A stretch of 64,000 nt of DNA from Zygnema circumcarinatum SAG 698-1b. Taxonomy: Eukaryota; Plantae; Zygnematophyceae. The stretch lies in assembly GCA_037447605.1 (NCBI GenBank), contig CM074809.1:796689-860688 (forward strand), read 5' to 3'. The position numbers and the translations under genes were made by a program. The notes beneath the pieces are model-generated. The model did not search any database and had not been told where the DNA came from. It saw nothing but the letters and a program-made list of their open reading frames with translations. Positions 36,393-47,809 of this stretch are shown piece after piece. Every line of letters starts with the position of its first letter. Position 1 is the first letter of the stretch.

Positions 36393-38914
36393 TGGAGAAA
36401 CAAGAAGAACTTTAAAGCGGCGCCACCAATGACGGTGACCGCGATTATGCTGTAGAAATGTTTTTTATAGTTAAGCAATTGTATGAAGGGTCTTTAGAAT
36501 CAATGGATGTCTCATCTGTACAGAGGAGTGACTCTATTGAAATTTATGGCATAAGCTACTAGATTATACTGCGTCAATCTACGTCAGTCTCGACATGTCG
36601 ACATTTTGGAGTATTGATTCCTGCGACAGTCTGTCTACAATGACTGCGTGAATCTGCGAAGGGCCCTAATGAAATTTTGGAATGTTGGCCGGAGGGCTGT
36701 GTGCAGGCTTACTAGCCCTCTGTACGTCAATGGGTGAGCATCCATTGCCTTGTAGGAAGTAGCATTGTTCTCTGAAAGGCACATCTTTGACCTGATGGAA
36801 GTCTGTCAACTTTGAAGCCGTTGAGGGATTTCACTGTGATTTGACAGATAGTGGACTTGGGGAAGGTGGCAAGTTCTGTGTGTTCCATGTTTTATGGTAT
36901 GGGCAGTATGTCTCAGGTAGAGATTACGGTCATATGGGCTGAATTCAACTCATATGGGCCAAAACCACTTACTGTTGGTTGCCTGCAGGGAGGGACACCT
37001 TTTGAATGGAGCTGGACACCAATGAAGATCTTCGTATGTCAGATTTCTCTTGGTCAACTTCGGGTTACGATCTTCAGCGAAATGTCGCTGTCTGAATAGG
37101 CACCTTCCTGGTCGCTACAGACAAATGCACATACCACAATCGTTAACATCCGTTTCGCCGTTTGAGTCTGTCTACCTCAGATGCTCTCCTTTTCCCCTCC
37201 TCTCCCCGCGCTCCACCTTGTCTTTTCTCATTTATTCTTTCCCAGTCATTGGCCAGTTAGAGCTGGTGTGCGAAGAACATCACCGAGTAGATATGGGCCA
37301 TCCTGCTTGTCTACCGCTGACTACTGGAGGAAGGTCCACGGCGCGGTTACGAGTGTCTGCCCTTAGAACGATTTGCTGAACGTTGTGTAAAATAACTCAG
37401 TAAGAGCTCGGAGGCTGAGAATGTTTGCCAGACGGGCTGATTGGTAGGTTCCTTGAAAGGAGGTTTCCACAAGCCACATGGTAGAGAGAGGGCTTACTTG
37501 TGGCACCTTTAGGATGAAGCGAGGCATTGGGGCCAAGCAGTAAGCAAACCCTTCTTTGCTGGAGAGGCAAAGGCAGTCGGATGCTGACTACGACTATGAC
37601 AATGCAAGATAAGTGCCTTTTTTCTTAAGTTCGGAAGGCAGTGGAGCTCTAGTTTGCCGCTTTTTCTGGTCCAATGCAAATGGTTGGTAGCAAGGTTGCT
37701 CTGATTGGAGGAGCTACGACCAATGGCAGATAGAGATTTCGAGATTCTTAAATTGCATCAGCACGTTGGAACTTTTGGATTTCAAAGTCTATGTGAGTTT
37801 TGCTGCCGCGTGTCAAAATCAAAGTCTTTTTTTGGACGAGAGGCTGACCGCAGAAGTTGGTCTGTCCGCGGCCAGGAAAGAAACACTTGGGGCTGAGAGC
37901 CTGAGGGACTCAGGCTTTGCAATTGGACATGCACTGGTCACATAAAATGAAAACAAAAATGTTCGCAAGGGGGGGGGGACGGTCCGACCAATTGGTGCTA
38001 GTTTGTGGGCTGTGGCTTCTTTTTTAATTTCTCCCTCTCCGGTTGTCGACTATAAACCTCTCCTTTGATCCGTCAGCTCATATTGCAGCATGCGGTTGAC
38101 ATCCGTCAGACAGCTTTCCTTATTTAAAAAAAGAACTCCAAAGTCCAATAGGTCAGGCCGTTTGTAATGCTTTGGGTTCTTTCGGAACGAGATTGCAATA
38201 GCTTAAAGTTAAAAAGCAGAGCTTTGTATGGCACCAATGCTGCTCTTACCATTAGTGACCCTCGATCAAGCTTAAACCCGCGGGACACCTTAGCATCGCC
38301 TAATCTAAGTGCTATACGACCCTACTTTGCTTCTACTTAAGGTTCTACAGAATGGGAAAGGTTAAAGGTAAGAATTCATTGAAAACTGGGGCACTCTACG
38401 CTTTTTTTTCCTTTTCTTTACTTGGGACTCCACATATATTACGATGGTTTGACTTGCTAATGCATGTAAGTACGCAATCCGTGCATCACAAAACACATTC
38501 AACACATGTCCCTTACGACATGACCTAATGACATCATGTACACAATGCCACATCTCTCACCTCCTCTTCGGAGAAAGCACATTACTATGTGTCCATTTTC
38601 ATGAGGGAATGGAAGTGGCATTGATCTCACGATGGCGAAGCCATCAAATGTACATCGCCCTCGTAGTCCACAAGTGAAGTTTGGCATTGCCACAATCAAG
38701 TGAAGGATGGGGCATTGATCAGCTGCCACATGCTTCACTTTGGCATTGCTATCGTGAGATCACTACTCATTCATTCTTCAAAAAGTAAAAAACATTGGGA
38801 GACTGCGAGGTCACCCTCTCAAGCGTAAGCTACGCTCAAGCGAAAGATGCAGATATAGTGCATACATATGCCATACATATATCACATGGATACCTCATAT
38901 TGCATGATTCACTG

Positions 38915-38967
38915 ACTTCTGAACTTCTGAACTTCTGAAACTTCTGAAACTTCTGAAACTTCTGAAA
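38915..38967. repeat. Six tandem ACTTCTGA(A) units upstream of the oxidoreductase gene
   Basis: Two 8-mers and four 9-mers, ending about 110 bp before the ATG at 39075. Confidence 0.9.
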
Positions 38968-39074
38968 GCCTCGAGACTGTAGGCAGGAGTTGAGGCCCGT
39001 GTGGTCAGGCGGATGTATGCGCATCCTTAAAAAAGGAGAACGAATTTAAGCCTTCAAGGAGGTGATCTGCAGCC

Positions 39075-42000
39075 ATGGCTGCCGCCATGGACGTCCTCAT
39101 GATCGGCGCTGGAGAATATACAGCAGGTCAGAGACAGCACCTCAACTGCTCAAACGCGGCAGTAAATTAGCCCTGCTTCTGCCACTTCTCCACTATGTGC
39201 CAGTTTCTGTTCTCGTAGCACGATGTTTTTTTGCTGCTTTCATGTTGCGCGTCTGGCGCAGCGTTTCAGGATTTAAGTTTTGAGTTTTTGGAAAAGCTTA
39301 GAATGTTTCATTGTATTTCGTAGGATTGCCGGGAAGGGATAACAGGATATGTTCCGACTGGGGATGGAGCGGCGAGCGATAAGCCTGCTGGGTGAGCAAT
39401 GCAAGCTCCAATGCTTATATAATTTCTATATTCATGTTTGCTAAGAATCCAGAAGGAGATAGCATTTGTTTGGATTAGAAACTGCTTGACATGATGTCTG
39501 ACCACTACGAGCGATACCCAGCATTGCATGGATGGTACTGATTTGCATGCGTAACTTGTTAATTTACTTTGCACTGCTTCACGAAGAGTTGAAAGTTCGC
39601 TTGAGAAAATCTAGATAAGTGTTTTCGTATCAATTGGAAAACTATCTGCGAGCAAGCCCACAGTTGCGTGGTTGAAACCGTGGCTATCATGTGCACATAT
39701 ATATATATATATGTGCACATATATGTAGGTATATATATATGTGTACATTCTATCAGAGAATGTATGCACATCCTTGCATGCACATACATGCATGCACACG
39801 ACTCTCTTGAAAGAGGCAGACATGTATGAATATTTTCGTCGACGTGCATAGCTGACGAGTGAGAGACGCCTGGGTGGATGGGAACAGAGTGATCGCTATC
39901 ACGCTCTTTGATCTGCGGCGTCTCGGCAAAGTCGGCCGTCTTGTAAGTTTTATTATGATCTCGTAAATGGCAATATCCTCTCTGTGTTTAGAGGAGGGTT
40001 CCTCTTTGAGTGTGTCGGGGCGAGAGATGGAAACGGGGGATCCCCTCATATCGAAGCCTCCAGGCAAGCCGAAAAAAAAGCAGTCGCTCACTCCAAACAA
40101 CAAAAAATAAGACATTGTAAGGTTTTAACTCCCCTCAAGTAACCCTCCCAGACCGGCCCAAACTTCGGGTTGGAGGGGTATTAATTTAGTCTATGAAGAC
40201 GATGAATCCCCCCTCTTCTCCTCTCGCTCCTATATACCACAAGAAAACATCCCTTGTGTGAGCAATCTCGAACGGGCTTGAAGCCGCATGAATTGCTTAA
40301 GGGGGGCGAAATCCTTAAGAGTGTCTTTCGTTTCCCCTTCTTTGGGCAAACGACCACCTTTTTTTGTCTCCCCGGAGTCTTTGGTCTAGGGAAATCTTCC
40401 CTCTCCTCCTCCCGCCCTTTTTTTTCCACTAAAAAACGCACCTCTCCTGTACGTCCAAAGAGTTCCAATCCGCACGAACTGTTTTTTTGAGCTTTTGAGG
40501 AACTATATTCGTAGGGCTTTCCGCATTCTACTCTTTCATTTTTTCTTCCTATGTTAGTTTAGTCTTGCGTTGAATGCCCTGGGAGTTCTCTACATCCAAA
40601 ACCATGAACCCAAACTTAACCACTTTATCTTCGTGCAAGGTAGGTGATGTGCGATGCAAGGGGGACTCACTTTCCAGACATACGAGCTACTCTGCAGAAG
40701 AAAATTGCAGATGCATATCAGGATATGGAAATTACGATAGAAACATTTCCGCCAGGTAGTCTTCCAATCTCAAGTGTCTTCCTTTGGTGATCGAAACATC
40801 AGGGATTCTGTCACGATGTGGTTCTGTTTACACGTCTTTTCTGGTCATGCATTCACTTTGGGAGTGGCACGATGGTGCCATTCTTGAAGTGGATTTAAGC
40901 TGAGTGAGTAGAATTTGATTGGCGGTTCCTTGTCATTTCTAGTTCTTTTTTAACAGTACGCCACACCCATTTCCTACAAGAGACAGATAACAACGATCAC
41001 TTTTCAGTCCCTGAATGTAGATACCTTTCATTCTATAATGACCCATTTCTTGAAACAGATGATGTACCTTCGGCTCCAGAAGCTTTTCGAGATGCCATCC
41101 AAAGTATGAAGAAAGGAGACATGGTCACAATATTCACTCCCGATGATACCCACTTTACCATCGCCCTTGCAGCAATTGAACACGGTGGGAAAAGCACCTT
41201 TCCCATTGTGCAAAAGCAAATTTCTATCTCTATTCGTTCCCGTCCCATTGCCCTCCTCTCCCACCCGCTCTCCCTCCCACCCCCTCCCTCTTGCTCTCAT
41301 TCATTCATTCATATCGCATGAATCGTCAAGCTATTATACCCATGTAATCCTTCTGCACACGTGGGTATTGCAGGGCTCCATGTGCTTGTAGCCAAACCTG
41401 CTGTGAAGTTATTGGAGCATCATCACCAGCTGTGTGAAGCTGCCAGGTGGCAGCTGCCCATTGGCCTGTTCTTTGTTTCGGATGGTGCCTCTCCAAACCA
41501 CTCTGGGCCTCTGGATCTCTCTTTAGCGAAAAAAAAAAAAAAATATGAAATGAAATGATGAAAACGAAATGATGCTAATGCTTTGTGAAGCTGCGAATTT
41601 GACCATCCCTGCCCGCAGTTGTTAGCCATAACTTCCTGCTTGCAGCGAGAATTACGAGTCATATTTTATACCCATTCTCCCTTGTTTTCTTCCTAAAACC
41701 GAAAGTGAGCTGGGTTTATGAGTTTTTGCATGACCAGGAAACATGGTGTTCTGGTGGCTGTTGAATTCCATAAAAGGTTCGATCCCATCTATGCCGGTGA
41801 GACCATTCTTTCCGTATCCAATCTTTGATACTTTCTCATACTTTCCTGCATCACACGAATCGGGAGTGAAGAGATGACTCCTTTAACGGCTCGGAATTGG
41901 CATCCCATGGTTAATCTTTGCTTTCATTCTATGCTTCATTTTTGAGTCATTTGGCCTGTCAGTTTCCTCCCTCCTCCGTATCTTCTCGCTCCTTCCCCTT

Positions 42001-44677
42001 TGAATTCTTGCCCTTATGGAGCAGTTTTCCTTATAGAAGGGAAAATGTCCTATCCATATCCTTGTTATTATGACAGATGCACATGATCGCATCCGGAATT
42101 TGGGCTCTTTTTCTTTTTTCAGCAGCACGATGACTCAGCCAAAGAAGCAGCTTGACACATTTTCAGGTCTGCCCAGTCTTTCCATTCTGTCTCTCGTTTC
42201 CTCTTTTCCTCTCTTTTCCTTTCTACGCCTCTCTCCTTCCCTTGTGCTAATCTCCATTTACGATAATGATGTTCAACTTAAATTTTGGCTTCCGCAAGTC
42301 TGAGTCTTGGCATACACTTTGCAGAGGTTTCAAGGTTTCGAGGTGCATTGTGAGTCTGAAAACTTACCACTTTTATCATTTTATCACTTTATCATTCTAT
42401 CACTTCAACACTTTATCACTTCATACTTTTCTGAGGTGCATTTCGTGCTTACATTTTTCCTTTTGTTCGTCATTCCTGACAGCTTGGGCGGGGCTGAGGT
42501 CCGATATCTCATATTACTTGAACTCCCACCACATCGGTAAAATACAGAACTCTATATTTGTCCCCGTTGATGAGTTAAAGAATTGTATATACGTCGCAAA
42601 GATTCTCCATATTGAACTCTGCAGGAATGAATGGTATTCCTGCATATTCTCCTTGAACAGACTTGCCAAACTCTTCCGTTCAAAAGACTCTCTATGCCTT
42701 AATGGCTTTTTCTTTTGCAATATTATTAGTTTACAAGCTCACCTTATGTCGTTTAGTGGGAGTATTGTGGTTTCAGATTTTCAAGTCTGGTCAGTGTCCA
42801 AGTTTTCTCGGCCCGTTCAAGTGGTTGCAATGGCAAGCAGGGGAGTGGCTGAGCAGAAGTTTGGCTCAGGAAGAGAGGTGGAGGATTCCATTACTATCAT
42901 GGTGAGGTTGCATTATATATATACTATTGCTTCGTTCTTAAAAAGTTTTGTCTATCTTTCGATCTCCTGTCCATAACTTGAATCTGTCTCTCCTCTCTTT
43001 GCGTCCCACCTCTCCCTCTCCCTCTCCCTCTTCCTCTCTTCCCCTTATCCTCTGTCCAAGTAATTGGAACTTTCAGTTGCTGAGGGATAATGCTGACAGT
43101 GGGCACCTCAAGTGTTTTTTTTTTTTAAACAGACACAATGGGCCAATGACGATGGGACACGTGGCACATCCGTACACATGGCCAGCTGGATTGCTCCCCC
43201 ATCTGACTGCCACACCCAACAATACTTTCATTACATGGGCACAAAGGTGATAAAACAAGTGGCTGTATTAGCTGGGAAGAAGGATAAAACGGTTTTTTTC
43301 CTTTTTTCCTAGTCATCACAAGCTCAATGGAATGCTTATTGCTTATCACTTGAATGTTTGCACGTAGCTTAACCCTAATTTCTGTCCTTCAACTTAAAAA
43401 GGAAACAAGTAATTGATATGATATGTCAAATGTGGACATTTTGGGAGCAGGGAGAGCTGAGGGTGGATCAAGCCCACAGAGGGTACAGCGGCGCAACAGA
43501 CGAGGGCGGGTACACAACCCTGAATCCGCTCTACATGAGGGTGAGAAACTGACCCAGTTTCAGTTTAGTTCACCGTTCCGGAGGCAGGCAGTTGACCCAC
43601 GTTGACTTCACTTGTCAAATGGATCAGCGCCAGTTTTTCTTTGGAAGCAGTTCTTCCTTTTCCCTGACATTTTAATGGTTATGGTTATGAATCCCGGCAG
43701 GTTGAATTACCATTTTTGTAACCCCCTATTTTTTGTTTTTTTTTTCCCCCCTTGCAGTATACGCCGGATGCAGGAGGACACTTTGCCGGTCAGCATGGCT
43801 ATGGGTATCGGAGCATTGAACTATTTGTCACAGCAGCACAAGAGGTAACTCGTTGGCTCTACTTTGGAGAGGAGGGGAGGGGGGGAAGGGGAGGGAGGGA
43901 GGGAGGGAAAGGGTGAATAAAGTGGGGTTTCAAAATTGAATTTTTTTCAGTGCGCTCGAAATTCATTAATTTCATACCTTTGTCGTGTCCTCTGATTCTT
44001 CCTTCACCTTGTCGGCTTACTGTTTGATGCTTCCCTCTCAGTAGGCAGCTTGCGATATGGACTAGAAACGGTTTGGATGTGAAAGACTTTGACCTCATGA
44101 TTGCAATCTTTCCGTTTTGGGGGAGCAGATAAACTGCGGAACTCGCTCGCCGGAGCAGTGTGATGAGGATGGGCAGCTGGCCACAATTCACACCACTCTG
44201 CTTCAGACTGCAATGTTGGAGGTAAAGAGATTGGCTCCCATTCTTCGAGAAGAAAATGTCTGGGCAGAAGAGTAGGACGATCTCATACCGGTTCAGTTCT
44301 CCTTCCGGTGTTCTCATTACCAGAAGAGGTTGGCTTCTGCAGAGTTGAAAAGAAGCAATGTTAAGAGGAAGAGTGATCGATCATTCAGAGTCAAGTTCCT
44401 TTTTTTTTTTGGGACTCTACCTCTCAAATCCTCAATGCTTCTAAAGTTACTCCTACGTTATGTTGCTATTATTGGCAAGATCTTCGGCAGGTCCACTTCG
44501 TTCTGACATCACTTCGGTTTCATTCTGACATTCTGATTTTGTGCTGATCCTGATGTTTCCGTCACTCTGTTCTCTTCTGTTCTGCAGGCGGGCCGAAGGA
44601 GTTTAGATTTGGGAGGATCCCCTGTCACCATTTTATACAATGAGAGTGGTGCACCTATTGGATATGGTCCGAGCTGA
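39075..44677 (+). CDS. Gfo/Idh/MocA-family oxidoreductase, D-galacturonate reductase (GaaA)-like, 421 aa, 15 exons
   Basis: Exons 39075-39126, 39346-39391, 39888-39942, 40644-40755, 41059-41184, 41374-41446, 41738-41796, 42077-42166, 42483-42536, 42777-42901, 43133-43246, 43451-43540, 43758-43844, 44129-44221 and 44588-44677 give a 1266-nt open frame. Motifs MIGAGEYTAGY, VTIFTPDDTH, HVLVAKP, VEFHKRFDPIY, SDISYYLNSHHID, VDQAHRGY, GQHGYGYRS. Confidence 0.85.
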
Positions 44678-44929
44678 GCTGAGCTGAGCAGCCAATGGCT
44701 TTTTTTTGGGGAGAAGTTGGGAGAGGCTGTTGTAGGCCCCTCCCTCAAGTACCCTACGAATATGGAAATTTCTCTTCTCCTTCTCGAATGGGGGACAGAA
44801 TGGAAGGGGCAGTGAAGGAGTGCGCAGAAGTGGGGTTACTTGTCTGTCTTGGAATTTGGAATGTTGAGAAGGTTAATTTTTAAGAAGAGACGAGGGTGAT
44901 TTTTCCTTGTTTGTCTTCGTTCAGCGCTT

Positions 44930-45025
44930 ACTCTCTCTCTCTCTCTCTCTCGCTCTCTCTCTCTCCTCTCTCCCCCCCCCTCTCTCTCTCTCCCTCCTTC
45001 CCACTCTCTCTCTCCCCCCCTCCCT
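44930..45025. repeat. (CT)n / C-rich microsatellite
   Basis: ctctctctct... run between the oxidoreductase 3' end and the RPL12 promoter. Confidence 0.9.
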
Positions 45026-45779
45026 CCGCCACTCAGACACACACCAAGTTTGTTGAAGGAAATCCGGAGGTGTTAAAATCTGTATTCATTAAAAGTAAGA
45101 AATATACAAAGTGGGGCCATCTGCCCTAGGACCCTCCAATCTTCCCCAAGTGTCGATTTCCCAGCTGAATTCTCTAGCTGTGAGATAGCCCCCACCCGGC
45201 CATGCAGCCCCCTCCAAGTCCCCCCTCACGCAGAGTCAATGTCCCAACGCCCCCTCGCTTCCACTCATGCACCCACCAAAGGGCAAAGGCGTCACCCGCC
45301 AGAACTCCCAAAGCCCAGAAGCTAAGAAAGCTTAAACTAAAGCGAAACCACTTCGAAAAAACATGAGATTATTTTCTTATGTTTTTTTTCAAAAGGAAAA
45401 GGAAAAGAAAGAATAAAAAAGGGAAAGAATGAAGCCGGCCCAAATGTCTTGTGTTGCACAATGTGTAGTGTTTCCTCCATACACGTTGACGTCAAACATG
45501 ACGTCATCATGCATGCCCATGCCCATGCCCATGGCCATGGATGCCATGATGCGAGGTCCGTCCCCCCATGAGGGCCTGAACCCGTCCCCGACCGCTTTCG
45601 CAGGCGGCACGCGATCGAATCACAGCCGTCCGATCGAGTGCACGGGCGGCTGCGATCTCGCGGCTGCGCGTATTAGGCTCCGGGAGGGCCTCAGAGGCGC
45701 CCTCTTTCGCGCAAGCGGGCTGCGTGGTCTCCTTTAGGGTTCGGCGGAGAAGGAGAAGGAGGAGGAGAGGGCAGGCAGA

Positions 45780-46280
45780 ATGCCGCCCAAGTTGGACCCC
45801 TCGCAGGTGGTGGATGTGTTTGTGAGAGTGACGGGGGGAGAGGTGGGAGCGGCCTCCTCCTTGGCGCCCAAAATCGGACCTCTAGGGCTTTCCCCGAAGA
45901 AGATTGGAGAAGATATTGCCAAGGAAACGGCAAAGGACTGGAAGGGGCTGCGCGTGACGGTGAAGCTGACTGTGCAGAACAGACAGGCGAAGGTGTCTGT
46001 GGTGCCGAGTGCGGCAGCGCTGGTGATTAAGGCGTTGAAAGAGCCTGAGAGGGACAGGAAGAAGACCAAGAATATCAAGCACAATGGCAATATTAATCTG
46101 GATGATGTGATTGAGATTGCTAGGATAATGAGGCCCAGGAGCATTGCCAAGGACCTGACCGGAACGATTAAGGAGATTCTTGGAACGTGCGTGTCAGTAG
46201 GCTGTACAGTGGACGGAAAGGACCCTAAGGATTTACAGCAGGAGATTGATGACGGCGAGGTGGAAGTTCCGAAAGCTTAA
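45780..46280 (+). CDS. RPL12: 60S ribosomal protein L12 (uL11), intronless CDS
   Basis: [48 protein letters not shown]...; telo-box TTAGGGTT at 45734 and site-II-like GGCCCA upstream. Confidence 0.98.
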   Translation: MPPKLDPSQVVDVFVRVTGGEVGAASSLAPKIGPLGLSPKKIGEDIAKETAKDWKGLRVTVKLTVQNRQAKVSVVPSAAALVIKALKEPERDRKKTKNIKHNGNINLDDVIEIARIMRPRSIAKDLTGTIKEILGTCVSVGCTVDGKDPKDLQQEIDDGEVEVPKA

Positions 46281-47809
46281 GTGAGTGATGGGCATTTGAG
46301 CATAGGAACGTTTGTCGGTTCATAAGAGGGCTGTGTTTAAATGAATGTTTAAGCTCTAGCAGAGCCCGAAATGAGCAGAACAGACTTCGATATTCTGCAG
46401 CCTCTGAGCATTCTACTCTGTCGTTCGTCTGCTTTGTGCGAAAAGAACTTCACACGCATATTCTGGTCTCATTTCATCTCTGAATTGGAGCTCTCGGCCA
46501 TGGCCCTTCTTTGTTTGTCCTGTCAGTCCTGGCATCCCTGTCTTCGGAAATTTGAGGTGTCTGAGGGCCTTTTCTTGCTGGAGGGTACTGTCGAGTTTAC
46601 CCTAAAATTCTCAGAATTTCTTTAAAGTTTGGACAATCCAGTTCTCTGGACGCATTCTTTCACTAAAGGAAGATCAATGAACGTTACAGCGGCACTTTTT
46701 GGGCACACTCTTCTGGTCTCCACAACTCGGCATGTAACCCATGCTTGACATTAGGTCAGGTTGTTCCATGGCTTCCTTGGCTTATGGTCTCCATCTGCCT
46801 GTCCCCGAACCTAGTCTTTCGTCCTTAGTGTAGCTCTATAGCTGTAGCTTAGTGCGAATTGTGTTAGTGAACCTCAACTCTTGTAAGTGTGAACTATCGA
46901 CCACTGTCACTGCCACAAACGTTCATGTCTGATAGGATTTCACTTGCCACCCCTTTCATATTTGACAGTGATGAAGGAGATGATTCAGAAATCTTGAGTG
47001 TCGATGTAGCAGTCATTATGTAACTACGTTCATTGTTGTAAAGCAAGATGGACATACACTGCAGAATCTGCCGATGCTATTGCTACTTGTCGGAAATAAC
47101 TATGTTGATAAAAATAAGTAAAAACTATGAATTTGTTGAATCATCTATTTGATGACGGCAATATCTCATCATATATGTGCTATGATTTTTGTGACATTTT
47201 TCCTTCATCAGCAATGCAGAAAATACACAACACTGACATTTCAAAATTTCAAGCCTTCATTTATCGCTGTATGTATTTATTCAACGCTCGTCGGGGAAAT
47301 TATTAAGTTTTAAAACTTGTTACTCGTCTTCCTTTTGGCTTGTCTAAGTCAAACCTTTGCTTGGCTTAGACACCCGTGAAGGATATGTTCCCATGAGAAG
47401 AATCGATGGCAAAATGCATGGAAAAAGCAACTCTTTGCTGCAACCACGACAGGTTAACGGAGATCTCAGATATCCATCACCCTTCCCCTGATGAGTTTTT
47501 AGAAGGAGACAGGAGAGTCACAGACACATCACTTGCACTGAGAGTGGCGCGTAAGGTTAGGGACTATGCATCTCGCCCCGTGCAGGCACATATAAAGCAC
47601 ATCCGCCCATGGTTCCATGGTCCATTGCGCATAACACCTCGTCAGGGACCACTGCACATCACCGCTTGCAACCGCGCTTTCATTCCAAAAAAGACCAATG
47701 ATCAACCGTAGCTCCTATCCCCTGGTGAACATGAGAGCCGCCATTCCGTGCCACTCCTCGCTGGTTTTCCACAGGCCTTATCTACCACTGAGCACGCTTT
47801 CAAAGCAAC

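Noticed and set aside
38915-38967. Canonical heat-shock element
   Set aside because: TTC-GAA spacing is 1 nt, so three correctly phased nGAAn units are not formed.
41028-41662. Plausible-looking - strand peptides (LLLHNGKGAFPTVFNCCKGDGK...)
   Set aside because: Antisense to exons 5-6 of the + strand oxidoreductase, which explains the region with canonical splice sites.
42056-42064. ATATCCTT as an AT-AC U12 donor
   Set aside because: Lies inside a normal GT-AG intron just upstream of its acceptor; the frame is complete without it.
46960-47000. GTGATGA as a C/D snoRNA C box
   Set aside because: No suitably placed CTGA D box or terminal stem.
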